Source: Kudoa neothunni
Lineage: Eukaryota; Animalia; Cnidaria
Direction of reading: 5' to 3'
Assembly (NCBI GenBank): GCA_964304625.1
Contig: OZ199838.1
Coordinates: forward strand, 16,331,731 to 16,395,730
DNA: 64,000 bases
Shown here piece by piece: positions 1 to 13,720 of the stretch. How positions within the stretch are numbered: position 1 is the stretch's first letter; each line of letters opens with the position of its first letter. The position numbers and the translations under genes are program-made. The notes beneath the pieces are model-generated. The model did no database searches and had not been told where the DNA came from. It saw only the letters and a program-made list of their open reading frames with translations.

Positions 1-991
1 ATATATATGAGAAAAACGATTTCTTGGCATGGCTACAGAAAAAAATATTGTTTAAATAGCGGGTATGTATCCCAAATACTTTTTCATGATAATTTTGAAC
101 CATTGTATCGTCCAGATGTGATATCCCAATAAAAGATTTTAATTCTTCAATGGTTATTTTTTTTCATTTCTGTATCAGCTATTGGAATCACAAAAATTAT
201 TCTTGTAATTTAGAATCTTTTCTAGAATGGAGTCAGACATAAAAAGTTGAAAGCAATCAGAAATGTTGTTCACATTTTTAGCATCATCTAAAAGTCCCGA
301 GTTACTTGTGGCTATATTGTGAACTCTAGTTCACGTTCTTGTTTGATTTGTAATATCCCATAGAATTCCTGATTTCGACATTGATTCATTGATTTATTGT
401 TATCAGTCTGATATTTATTATCATTTTGAGAATCAGAACATGGGTCTGAATCTTCCACAATATCCTCATAATATGAGGCATCTGATAGGTCCCCTTCAAA
501 TTCAAACTCGCTATCGGTACTTTGATCAGTCTCCGCACTATCATCAATTAGTTTATTCGGATCTTTGCTATACGACATGACTAAATACAAATTTAATTTC
601 AACTAACCCACATAATGTTACTTATCTATTCCAAATGTTTACTTCTCGCGATAAATTGTCCCCCAACTAATCCCTTAAGTTTTTCAGCATCACTCAAAAG
701 TGAGTGGTAAAATCAAAATGTTTCCTCCCATACTTGGTTTCATAAATTTACAATATTTCAGTTAAATTTTATTTAATTTCATCATCTAAATTCTACAAAT
801 AAAATTATTATGTCTACGTTTGACCAAGGTTTACCAATGTGGGGTGATTTAAAATCATTATATCTCATATCATCTTGATAGTTTTTAAATTATAACTTAA
901 AAATAAAATTGAACATTACATTTTTTTAAAATGAAAAATTAAAAAATAATAAAAATGGGTTCACGAATAACCCCGGTTGGTCCTGGTAGGG
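1..991 (-). mobile_element. Decayed piggyBac transposon (5' part; runs off window start)
   Basis: Minus strand gives an acidic N-terminus (ORF 312..602), then DCFQLFMSDSILEK, EELKSFIG and VAMPRNRF, which are piggyBac transposase motifs, with frameshifts. The end reads ...GGTAGGG|TTAA at 989-995, a piggyBac CCC terminus plus TTAA target. Confidence 0.85.
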
Positions 992-995
992 TTAA

Positions 996-1602
996 AGGCA
1001 ACGTGGGAAATGGTGACAAGCTCAACTATTGGAAATTACTTCGAGAAATATCCGATCGGATATTCAGAAAACGTGAGATTAATTTAAGAACAAATTTTTA
1101 AACATATATTATGACAAATCTAACGTAAATATTGGTCATACAGAAAAAGCAATAGTTGGTGGCTTGTAATTGAATTAGTTCATTTTTAATCTATTGCTGC
1201 ATAACAACATGAATAAGATAGCTTAATTTTAACAAGAAAAAGTTATACACTAATATACCAACAGTAAACCTTATATAGATACTTAGGATCAACCAAATGC
1301 AACGTTGATACTGATTATTATTGGGAAAATCAAATAGTTTCGATATTTGACTTAAAAACCGTCATAAATACTGTTGGATAATCATTTATGTTTGAAAATT
1401 CATCTTCATTATTTCACACGTATTCTATTTGAATGCCCTATATAGAATGTATACGGCCTGAACAAAGATGAATAATTGATTATTTCTTCCGTGAAAATAA
1501 TATAGTAGTGAGCATGATAATACCCTCAATTTTGGATGGGGTCTTGCTACTGCATGGTAAATTGTTGTTCTTAAAATACCTCTCTATATCAAGACCTTAC
1601 TG
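996..1602. mobile_element. Truncated copy of the TIR element at 33595-35437 (right end)
   Basis: Colinear similarity to ~34840-35437 (e.g. CGTGGGAAATGGTGAC, CATAAATACT...GGATAATCATTTAT, ends CTATATC..AGACC..ACTG|TA). Confidence 0.7.
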
Positions 1603-2284
1603 TAACTATTTTGCCGTGCCCTAAAGTTTTAATCTAATTAATTATATATGAAATAATTGATAACAAAATATTTTGTAAAAATTTATTTAACAAGCATATA
1701 TAACCCTTAACATTATTCGGGGTGAATCGCAAAACTTTGCCATACATGTTTTTTGCCAATATTATGCGATTTTATCGATAGAGTTTTTTATTTTTGCATG
1801 ATGAAGTTTTAACAATTATTTAAATCCATAATATTAAACAAAAAAGTGGGATCTAAATACAACCCAAAATTGCTAAGTGTATAGTCGATTATGAAGTGCT
1901 CGGAAGGTTAAACGCATTTTTAATTATTATATATTATATGATAAATTGTCCAGAAAATTTTATTATAATATTATGGGAGTAATTAAAATTGAGTTTGATT
2001 TACTCATTCATATTTAACTAAATTGGCTAATCATGTAATTACTGTGATATATTTTCAAATTTTTGCAGTAAATTATATTTTATATTGAGTATAATATTTC
2101 TATCAATACAGCTACTATAATTTTAATATCAATATTACAACAGATTAATATACTTAAAATTATATGTTTATTATATAATAAGGTTAAAATACAGATTGGT
2201 GTTATTTTTATGCTATATTTTTTCCAGGAATGACTTATTTTCATTCAATATATTATTTTTAATATTATTATGGTTATTCATTTG

Positions 2285-2700
2285 TTACAATTGAATACCT
2301 AATACTTGCATAAAATACGATTTTTTTATACATATATTTAATAATAGACAATGGATAAGGATGAAATATGACGGCTCAACAAATATAGATTTGTCCGACT
2401 TAAATTCTACAATACGTAAAGCATGCTTTACTCGAGCCAACATAATTGATGATATAGCCTGTCGAAATGATCGCGAGGGAATAGGATTTCTCTGCATTAA
2501 TAGATTACTGGAAATGCTATTGTGATGACAAGTAGCGGTTGTTGAAAATACCCCACTGATGGCGCAACATTGAGAAATACTCTTTATTAAAATATTCAAC
2601 GGGTTCGGTTCTGTAAGTTGTCGCTGATTTGGATTACGGTCAATATGATACATTTATACTTATAATAATTGTTTGTTCTGAAATATCTCAAAGCTTTTAG
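2285..2700. repeat. Dispersed ~400-bp repeat, copy 1 (122-aa ORF on minus strand)
   Basis: Aligns with 44120-44530 (shared TTGCATAAAATACGA, TTCTCTGCATTA, AAGTAGCGGTTG, GATGGCGCAACATTGA, GATTACGGTCA). Confidence 0.85.
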
Positions 2701-3265
2701 TACTAACTATCAAACATCACAAACCATTATTTGTTATATATAACGATCTACTACATTTTTATTGAATTAGCTCTATTAGAACCTCATAAACATGCTAATA
2801 ATAAACCTCCGTTCCAAATAAAAAGTTTTTTATTTATGAAAAATTCATTAATCCTATTGTCGTGTGAGATTAAAATTATTATATTTAATTTATTGCATAT
2901 ATTAACAAAACTGACATAATATAAATATCATATATATGATATACAACAAAATTTCTTATTGTAAAAAAAACTTAAACATGGATAGAAGCGAATATTTATT
3001 TTAATTTCGACTTTAATTGAACTATTTAAAATTATTGTCGTCAATAATAATATTACTACATACGAAAAATTTTTTAATAATTGTAAAACTAAGTATTTAA
3101 TATATAATAATTCATTCAATTATCAAACAATATTAGGTATAATAAATTTATTTATAAAATATTTATATTTTATAAATATACATAATAGTTACTATAATTA
3201 TTTTTCAATCGCATTAATTGAAAATATCAAATTAGTCGATTCGATTCGATTCAAGACAAGACAAG

Positions 3266-5412
3266 ATGTTGATCTTATTGATTTATACTTGTTTATTTGA
3301 AAATTTCCAGAATATTTTCAATGAACAACCTACAAAAACAACAGTAAAATATATTATTCTGATAACTTGAAAATTCTATATTTTAAAAGGAATTATTGGT
3401 TTATTCAAACAACAACAAATTGGTTTTCAGACCATATTTATGTAATCCTGCAAAAACTAAAATATTTATGTTGGAATGTAACGAACAGATAGAATATATT
3501 TGCTCAAGTATCGGATTATACAATATCAGTTAATTGGAACAATATTTTAGGCATTTTCAACCGGGAAGTTTCAAGATTAGAGTATGAAAACAACTGTTTG
3601 TTAGAATATATTATAGCACAACGTCCAATCCCAGGACATATTATCATCGTAATGGCTGATAAAACCTTAGAAATAAGGTAATAATACTTTTTTTTTAGTT
3701 TTTATATATTTTTAAAGAATGCAAAATGAATATTATAACTGGGCTACAAGTCAATTTAGTGATCGCAGCGTTACCCTTTCGGGATTAACATTCCATATAC
3801 ATTATTCTCATTTGACGTCATCTGAAAAAACATTCTTTCATTATTTGAAATCAAACGAGGTGGTTTCCAGATTTGAAACGGTAACTCAAATGCCTGAAAT
3901 TGAATATTACTTTTCAAAATTAACTTTTAGGAAAAAAATAAATTCGTAACATTAAGAGTAATTTTTAATAATATTTATATATTCACTAATATTGATCACA
4001 ACAATTTATTATAATAAAATATAAAATATGTGTATGATATTTTAGTTTAGTTTAGAAAAATAATTATTTTTCATAGTGGTATAAAACCAATGTTTATATG
4101 ACAATTAATGAATATGTCACTTCGTTTGGATATGTGTCGAATAACGATCCCCATAACAAAGATATTAAAATCTATAGAGTCAATTCAGAGGATCATCCAT
4201 TCTATTCAAAATATATAAAATTAGGTTACAACGATATAGTTCCTATTCTAATATACAAAAATATACTGGTAAAAAATTGTTATTAATTTACAAATCATTA
4301 TCACATTATTTATTAGACAGGAGATTATAGATCCCATGTTGATAATCCAAATGTTATTTATATAGATTCACCATGCACCTTAAAAAATGCAACTATAACT
4401 ATTGATAATCGAAATTATATTATTTGGTTAAGAAACAAAAATTTAAATAATAAGTTGTTTCTTGGACCCATAAATATCGTTGCCAAATATAATTTTTTGA
4501 AATGTTTGACCACAATTAATGAAAACATATTGACCCCGAATGTAGACCATCCTTGGAATGATCAAACTAAGCTACTTATTGAGAGTGTGTTCCCAATGAG
4601 GAATGGAGACAATTATATTGATGTAAACGAAATGTCAAAAACTTTTAAATTTTTATATAATTTTTTTAGATGTATAATTATAAGGCAGAATTTAAAAATA
4701 TTCGTTATACGAGTTCAATGGAATCGATACAAGAGATGGCAAATAAATCTAATTATTTCAATAATATGGGCCAACAAATCTCTTCGTTATCACAAAATGA
4801 AGCAAGTGATTACTTCTACGAAACAGTCTCCAGAATGTATTACTACGCTATTTTTTCGTTTTTTACTGCTGTAGAAACTATTCAAATGCATAAATACGTC
4901 TTTTTGTTCCATGTTTGTAGTTTGTATGAAGACAAATTATATTTTTTACATTAGGAATCTAACCCAGATTGGAAAGCTGAATTTATTAGTTATCAAACAA
5001 TGTTAAGATTATTTGAAGGTAAATATAGCTATTTTTAATAGATTAGATAAAATAACATTAAAAAGGAACTGAACCGCTATCAAAACCTATGGAGAATAGT
5101 GAGGAAACAAACGGAAACGCTAATGCTGATGATGATGATGATAATGAATTAAGTGAATCTCAGTTAAACAATGACGATGAAATCGAGTCTCAAAAAATTA
5201 ACGATGGCGCTATTGGTTCATCAACAATTGAAGATGATAAAGAATTTTCTCAAAATGATGAGAATGAAAAAGATAAAACAAAATCTACCAACCAAAAAAT
5301 GGGATCAAAGTCTTCATTAGTTGCCAAGATTGTTATTCCAATTGTGATAATTTTGGTTTGCTTGACTATTGGAATAGCATTCTTTATGGTGAAAAAAAGA
5401 AATAAAAACTAA
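3266..5412 (+). CDS. Orphan type-I membrane glycoprotein, paralog A (multi-exon, long acidic stalk)
   Basis: Hand-spliced: MLILLIYTCLF signal-like start; family motifs ENNCL, DKTLE, YS..T.SE.TF, HPW, FP..NG, RMYYYA, W..EF; acidic stalk; TM IVIPIVIILVCLTIGIAFFMV followed by KKRNKN*. Intron positions are shared with paralogs B-D. Confidence 0.85.
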
Positions 5413-5626
5413 ATGTGGACTTACATCATCCCACAATGCTTCTTCAACTAATAACTAATATATACATTTCGAATTTACTAATCGACTCTTTGAGTACTAT
5501 TGTAGTTGTTGTGTTAGTTCCAGTGCATATATTTTTATTTTCAAAATAATATGTAATTTTCACTTGAATATCGAAACTTGTAAGCATAACGAATCTATAA
5601 AAAATTATATATGTAAACTTTTTTAA

Positions 5627-5886
5627 CACATTATAATTACGATCTGGGTCTGATGGACCCAGAGCATGTTTGTTGCTTATATTATGGTCCTCTCAATAGA
5701 GTCAGAAAGTCATAACTTAGTCTAACTTCCTGAATATTAATTGTAGTAATCCTCCAATCAACAGTGGATGGACCCCGCGCTAGCGCAATACATTATTGGG
5801 TGGAAATCCTCAAGACTACTGCGACTATCAGTGTTATCGTTATCGCTACTACTGCAATTATAATATAACTATTATAAATTGAGTTC

Positions 5887-5917
<31 letters not shown>

Positions 5918-8900
5918 ATAAACACTGATAGTTTCTTCGCGCAAATACAACATTAACGTTGTATTTTTATTCAAATTTATATGACCTAATGACCACTGTG
6001 AGGTTTTTTATTTAATCGGAAAAAATTACACCCTTTTATGTAAAAAAAGGGTCCAATAGACCCAATATAATAGCATGACAATTGACGCCAAAAAAAAATA
6101 ACAACCAATAAAACCACAAAATACATTTAATAAAAAATTAAAAATCCAGATCCGACATTAACAAAATAAACTATCTCCAAATTATTGCATTTTTGTTTGT
6201 TTTTTGAGACATGTTTAAAAATTATAAGTTATTACATAATTTTTAAAATTTTTAATTATAATATAATTTTTTATAAATAAAATTATAGTTTTCTACTTTA
6301 AAATATCTAGGAATAGTTATTATTAAGGATAGTAATAAATTAATCTGTTGTCGCCCTCTTTCTTGTAGCTGTTTATCTGTGTGGAATGTTAACCTTTGAT
6401 GAGTCAATAAAAATGATTATTGAGTACTCAGAAGATTCTAACGTGGATGAGAATCTTTCTTTTGATGAAGAAATAGATAACATTATAGAAGAACCAGTTT
6501 CAAACGATTTGGAGAATATTTCTTAGATTGAACAATCTTAAGAGGAAACTTAGTTCTCATGAGACAAATTTATTAAATGGGAGTCGAAAATACCAACTAA
6601 AGTAGTTAGAACAATGTAACCACAATATTCTTCCAAATTATAAATCTAGAATCCCAAATGAAATTAGGGAACGAATATTTTCTCCATTGACTTCATTTAA
6701 AAGTTTTATTGGAGATGATATTATTTCAAAAATAATAATTTTGACAAGAATTTTTCGGAAATTAGTAACAATAAAATAAAAATTAACGATTCTGATGTTT
6801 GGTAATGGATAGGTGCTAATTTATAGGGTTTCCCGATCAAAGTGAGAATTGTTGCAATTAATGAGACATCTTAATTAACTCGGATATAACTTTCGCATAA
6901 AAACTAATCAACAATATAATAGAAACAAAAATATATTTAAATTTGTTTAGAATAAAATATATTATTGATTTATTATTCGCTGTTTTCGGCCTTTAAGAGA
7001 TATATTAGCATTTTCTGAAGAAACCTTCACAACGAGAAACTCTAATAAATTTCTTCAGATTTATTAGAGATTAATCCCTTCAACCGCACTCCATTTTTAT
7101 CATCACATCTTATCATCAAATTTTTCCAGACAGAAAATATGTTTTCTATTGGAGTCAGAAATGGAGAGTATGACGGCAAGATGAATAGTTTGAGTTCTGG
7201 CATGTCTACAGTGTCTTTTAGGTTTTTTACAATGATGAATACACGCATTTTCCAGAACAAAGATTGGATCGTTGATTTTTTTTAATGTACAAAACTCCTT
7301 TAATTTAATAATACAAATTTTAAAATCCTCTCCGTTCACCGCCTTATCCTGAATATTATAAAATATCATTAAATATTTATTAATGGCTGCCCCTATTGAA
7401 GTGTTTCTGTTTCTTGCAGCCGAAACAGAAAAATTTGGAGAAGTCCCTCGAGCAGCTCGCCCTCTTCTTGGTCACATAACAACAACAAATCCAACTTCAT
7501 CCCTAAAGATAAATGCTTTATTTTCCACATCAGGTTCGAATTTTTATACAATCCATTTCGTAGATGTAACTCGTTTCAATTGTAGATACATAATTTCTTC
7601 GTCCAGGAGTGGGCACAGTATATTGTATGATGTAATGAAGATTTTGAAGTATTCTATCAACTGTGCTTTTACTCACAGATATATTTAAATGATCCTGAGT
7701 CATTCTTTTCGTGTCATTTAGCCTCAATAAACATATAGAATCAATCTAAAATAAAATTCTAGGTTTTTGATCATGGGACAATTTTGATGTTTTATCGCCA
7801 TCACGGTTCTGGATACATATGAAATCCGTCTTGTTATAATTGTTTACGATTCTCCAAACAGACTAATAATTAATGGAAAAACCTTTAGATATTTGTTTCA
7901 TAAATTTTTCTTCAATGGTTTGTTAGTAATTTTAATTCTATCTTCGTCAGGGATAGAGGAATTCAATTTTTTATTTTGGATATTTCTGAGTTTCGTTCCA
8001 TCCAAATATCAAGATTTTCCAACAAAATAAATATAAATAATATATTATTAAATAAGCTCATTATAATTAAATTTTTAATATGGTTATTTATTTGTGAATC
8101 CGAAAACATTCAAATATTACTTGATCAGGAAATATCACGCATTAAAATTAAGGAACCCCCTTTTTAGGATGTATCGCGGAGCATAAGGAGTGAAGCTAAT
8201 GTTGTTACCTTTAGTTAATCAATAAATGAAATAAAAATATTATCTGTTATGTCAAATTTAATCCAAAACAATCTTTTCTTGTTTTCAATATTTTCAGTTT
8301 GATCGGGGAATCCTATATATCTTGGAAACATGAACAACAAAAACTCTTCATTACAAGAGTTACGAAATAAAGAAAAAGGTTTACCGTTTTTATCGAAGAG
8401 TAACAAATCTTCAGTGAAATTAAAATATAAATAGGTGGAAATAACATTTATATATTTTTTTAGTAATATCATATCCAAGATTTAGAATTATCTCTGAAAA
8501 TATTCGTTTTAACGACCGCGTAGAATGTGACCCTCAGAGAAAAGAGTCACCAGTTAGTTTTGTATGGGATTCATTTATCAATAATTGCCGAAATAACTAC
8601 ATATCATCTGTGCAATTAACAGTGAATGAATAGCTTTACACTACAAGGGTCGTGTGAATTTCAAAACTTATATACCGAGTATACTAGGAAAATATTTCAT
8701 CAAGATTTGGGTCTTGGCAGATGCAAAAAATGTTTATTTTTGTAATATCTAAATTAATACTAGAAGATCATCAAATGATCCCGAGGCAATTCAGAGAAAA
8801 CGAGTTGTCAGAGAACTCGCAAACCTTTATCTAGATTCTAGAATCAAGATAAAGGAAGAACTATAACTACTGGAAATTTATTAAAAAGTTTAAACCTAGA

Positions 8901-9260
8901 AAAATATTTATGAGGTTGTAATGTACACCTAATTGGAATTGTGAAAAAGTCACGTAAATTTTTATCTACATGCATTCAACAAGATAAAAAAGAAATTGAA
9001 TCTCAGTTTCTTTTCCATAATATAATCACACTTGTTAAGTTTTGTGAAAAGTCAAACAATTCTGTTTTGCTTCTCAGTTCTCTACACAACGAAAATAACA
9101 TTGAGGAAGATGGGAAGCCCGAGATAGCACCTTTATATAACCAAACTAAAGCTGGAGTAGATGTTCTTGATCAACTTATTCGATTCTACACTGTGAGAAA
9201 AAGAACTCTTAGATGACCATTTACAATATTCTATAATATTATTAACATTGTTAGTTATAA
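5627..9260 (+). mobile_element. Decayed piggyBac transposon interrupted by a Tc1 element
   Basis: TTAA+CAC left end near 5623 and GGGTC-n5-GACCC subterminal palindromes (~5646, ~6048). Broken ORF reads SPLTSFKSFIGDDII, IRFND, LTVNE, YKGRVNFKTYIPS..GKY.IKIWVLAD and KPEIAPLYNQTKAGVDVLDQ..RKRTLR*P. Right end not found. Confidence 0.9.
6824..8315 (-). mobile_element. Tc1/mariner (IS630-Tc1) element with inactivated transposase
   Basis: Imperfect TIRs TAGGGTTTCCCGATCAAAGTGA / rc TAGGATTCCCCGATCAAACTGA with flanking TA. Minus-strand fragments KDEVGF, FVLENACIHH and LPSYSPFLTPIE match the DDE and YSPDLNPIE-type motifs. Confidence 0.9.
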
Positions 9261-9585
9261 CTTATAACTCAATGGTTGTATATTTGGAAAAATATAATGA
9301 ATTTACTGAGATATATAATCTATCAAAATGTTTGTAAAAATTAGTAACAACCATAAAATGTGGGAATCATTAATAATCATCAATTCAACATATAATCACC
9401 CTCGTTTTTAAAAACATATTTCTCGACCTTCGATTTATTAAAGGCCTAATTCTGATCAACCTAATCATTAAAACGAATTATACAATTGAAATTATATTCT
9501 GTTTATTTAATATTTTTAAATTAATATATTTTTAACTCTGTAATTTCTCAAAATATTCATAAATCCTAATAATGTTATTTTTTAG

Positions 9586-9638
<53 letters not shown>

Positions 9639-10495
9639 TTTAGATAATTTCTAAAAAGTAATTACTTAATATTCTTAAAAATCATTAATTAAAGATTTAT
9701 CACATGAGTCCTATATTGTTTTATATCAAAACAGTACGTAATCGAATTTTATTAAATGAAATGAAACTCGTAATAATTAGAATAGCTTCCCATGATTAAT
9801 CGGGATCACAACAATCCTCAAGGGATATTTGTTCAAATAAGTCGACCAATCATAGAAATGTTCATTGAAAACTAAAATATTCCGAATATATATAGCTAAC
9901 ATTTAATTGAAATAAACATATATATTTGTTTATATTAACAAATATTTAAGTTTTTAATTAAAATAACATTGAAGATGTGATTAATTCAAGAATTTTTAAT
10001 GAATATATTAAGTGATTTATACAGCACATAACAAAAATAAAAGTATTTTTCATTCTCGTTAATCACACTCATTAACATCACTGGGAAACCCCAGTAGTTA
10101 TATTAATGACTTTCAAGAAGCTAATTAGGTAATGTGGAAATTAAACAAACAAATATTTTATAATAACTAAAAGTATAAATTAAAATTAAAACAAAACAAA
10201 ACAGTGTTTATGTGCTAAATTTTATTTTAATGCGAGGGATAAAATTAAACTAAAATATTGTTTAATATTATCTCCTTTTAATTATTTAGGCGTGAACTAA
10301 GAAAATATTAATAAGATAATTAAATTTTCAGTTGTCTTAACATCAGATATATACGTAAGAATTGAATTTTAATTTTCAATTAAAATTAAATAAAATTTTT
10401 ATGTAGTAATTTTTATTTGAAACATCACTCGATTTTTAATATACGATAGGTGAATTTTATGTAATGAATATATATATAAATAGAATGATTTTAGA

Positions 10496-12503
10496 ATGTT
10501 TATTCATTGGGTGTATCTGTCTCTTTTCTTTATTCCTTATTTGAATGTCAGAACAGTAAACATAAATGTACGATGAGCTGATATGACTTAACTATAAGTT
10601 TCGTATTATGTAGCAAGTGTTGATGTATACGGATATGGATCTTCTTAATGCTATACATTATTCTTGTCACGTTGAAATCTCCAGTACTTTTGGAGTAGAA
10701 TGTGAAAATTTATATCGTGAAAGTTGCTCAAGTATAATATCTTCTGATTCATTATTCTAAAATATTTCACAAGTTCCCAGCGATGCCGATCATAACCACG
10801 TCAACATTGAAAATGATTGCTTAGAGATCTTAAGTAAAAATGCCGATCTTACCAACGCTAACGCTATCGTGGCAGTACCAGATAAAAACTTAGAACAAAG
10901 GTAACAGTTTATAATTTTATGAATTAATAAATTTTTTCTTACCCATATAGGCTTCATAATAGTTATTACGACGTTTGGTCGGAATTTGAAAACAAAAAAC
11001 GTAGCGTGACGATCGATAATAAATTAATAAATATATCTTATAATAAATATACTACATCCGAACAAACCTTTTATAATTACCTATTTTCAACTAGAGAAAC
11101 AATTCACACTTACATAGTAAATAAAATAATTTAATTTTTTCAATTCATAACATTTGGGCTCATTCAGGAAAAGGGATACAAATACGACACGAAGGTATTT
11201 GAGTTATTTAATATATATTAATAAAACATTTAAATAAATTTTTATTCATTATATAAGTGTATAAAAAATATTATATTATATTTTATTATAATATAATATA
11301 ATTTAGGGTTACAAAGATTTCGGATACATATCTTTGAGTGATGATGTGTTTTCGTTCGGATATCTCACAGATATAAACTCGGAAAATAAAGATATGGTTA
11401 CTTACACTGACAATTCACGAATATATCCATTTTATTTTAAATATATAACATCAATGGGCAAATATCAGATCCTTCCTGAATTAATATTTAAGCTAATTTT
11501 GGTAATTTTAGATTTATGAATGTTTAAAAATTAAGTTGGTATTGGGCTAGGATAATAAACATTCAATTAATCAAGATACTGGGAGCATTCATTTAAACTT
11601 TTCCTGTTCATTAATAAATATAACTGAAACCATTTTCACAGATGAACACTCTAGTTGGTTCTCTAATGTAAAGGGTGACAATAACAAATTTTTTGAACCA
11701 CTAACCATCCACGCAGCCTACAATTTTTTCTCATGCTTGAAATTAATAAATGAAGTTGTATTGATTTCAAATCAATCTCATCCATGGAATAATGTAACGG
11801 TGCAACTTATTTCAAGCAAATTCCCAAAAAAGGCTGGAATCAGATACTTTCATGTACACAAAATATAACAATAATAAATACAGTGGTTGAATTTAAATAA
11901 TATTTAAAATATAGGTTTTTGATTTTTTCTCAGTTGTAATAAACAACGATAATTATTATTCGTTGGAATACTTAAAACAATTAAACGATGAATTAATAAA
12001 GGTACCTGAAATTTGGGGAATATTCTTAGAAGTACTATAATTACAACCAACTTTTATTGAGTACCTAATTAGTCTGCAATACATCCAATTTTTTATTACG
12101 CTCTTCTTTCCTATGTTAACGAAAAAATATTGACAGAAGATAATCGTAAACTCTATAAATTCCATGTATGAAACATATTTCTAATTTTGAAATAATATAT
12201 TCATATATAGTTTTATTATTCGGATTGGCAAACGCAATTTATCAGCAACCTTACAAAATTACAACTCATTGAACGTGATTTTTGTGCAAAAATATTTCCA
12301 TGATTGATTATTCATTAGAAAATTTTGACTTCAATGAAAAAAATGAGATAGTCTATGAGTGTGCACAGAGCGAGTCATATAAATCAAAGACAGTTATGGC
12401 GGTCGTTACTGTTATTCCGCTTATAATAATAATAATCACGATTTCAATTGGCACTTATTACTACATGTCTGAAAGAAAGAAAAGACGTTTCCAAACTGCA
12501 TAA
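10496..12503 (+). CDS. Orphan type-I membrane glycoprotein, paralog B
   Basis: MFIHWVYLSLFF signal-like start; FGVEC, ENDCLE, VAVPDKNLE, HPW, FPKKAGIRYF, FYYA, WQTQF; TM VMAVVTVIPLIIIIITISIGTYYYM followed by RKKRRFQTA*. Same exon structure as A, C and D. Confidence 0.85.
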
Positions 12504-12598
12504 TTCTTAGATTTTAAGATTATTCAATATCTATTAGTATTATTTATTTGGTTCATTTAACTCTATCGTTCTATTTTCTATTTATTTTTTATCACACA

Positions 12599-13720
12599 TT
12601 AGCACGAACTGCCCAGCGTTGCTTGGGGAAGATTTCGCGTAGCGACTTTTTTTATTGGCATTTAAAAAATATATTGAAGTTTCGTATTAACCCATATAAA
12701 CAAAATAACTAAAAAATTTTAAGTAGCATATTTTAACGATTTGGATTGTGAAATTTAAATTATGATCATTTCATTGAAGGAGTGTTCCAAACCCGGCGTT
12801 CATTTAAAAGTTTTGTGGTTCGGCACCATAGCTAAATAATGTAAGGTCAGCGTCGTATTTTTTTCATTCTCGAACTATTTAAATTCCATTAAAGTGTTAT
12901 CTAAAACGTCATTTTTGACCAGGAGGATTTTTAAAAGTCGAATTCTGGCCCGGCTCGTTAACTATGTACACCACTAACTTTTAAAGAGATAAAAAAATAG
13001 AAAAAAAAAGAGATAAAAGAAAACGTATGAAAATTAATTGATATTATTAAAATTAGCATCTTTTTATGCGGCAAAAAATTACTCCACTTTTCCAAACAAA
13101 CAGCTATAAATCGTTTCAATATCAACTTGAATAATTTATATAATTAAATGAAATAAGAGTACAACTATCTGCATTGAATTTAATCATTGAAAGTTTAACA
13201 TAGCGGACGATTTCAATGAAATTCACGGACTCAGGCGCTTGCTTACATTATGCTTCAATCTATCCTATTATAGTATGCGCCACAAATTTTCTATAAATGA
13301 TTCAAGTATATACTTTCTTCATATCTTAAACCATTAATAGAACTTTTAAAATATATTTATCGAGTCATATAAGTTAAAACTTACGACAAAAGAAGTGTAT
13401 TGATGCAGAACCCCAAATATACACGCCAAATTTATATAAAAAGTCAGATGATATCGCTTAATTTAAATTCGATAAATCATATAAGGAGGAAAGTAAACTT
13501 TAACCGACCATTACTATGACATAAGCAGGTGTTAATCTTATTGATGTAGCCGGGTATTCCCTTTAACTAACTTCGTATTGATAAAATCACCATTTTGTAA
13601 ACACTTTTGGGAACATTTGTTGATGTGAAAACGATTTGAAGATTTTTTTCAACAGCGCGATTTTTAAAAAAATTGTATATATGGCTCCCTATAAGGAAAA
13701 AACTTTATCGCACATGCGAA
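12599..13720 (-). mobile_element. Non-autonomous Helitron-like element (inverted copy of 24255-25375)
   Basis: Reverse complement is colinear with 24255-25375 over ~1.1 kb. 3' end is hairpin CCCAAGCAACGCTGGG followed by CTAA (degenerate CTAG). Confidence 0.7.

Noticed and set aside
9590-9633. (TA)n tracts (also ~5887, ~14813, ~36216, ~47199)
   Set aside because: Ordinary microsatellites.
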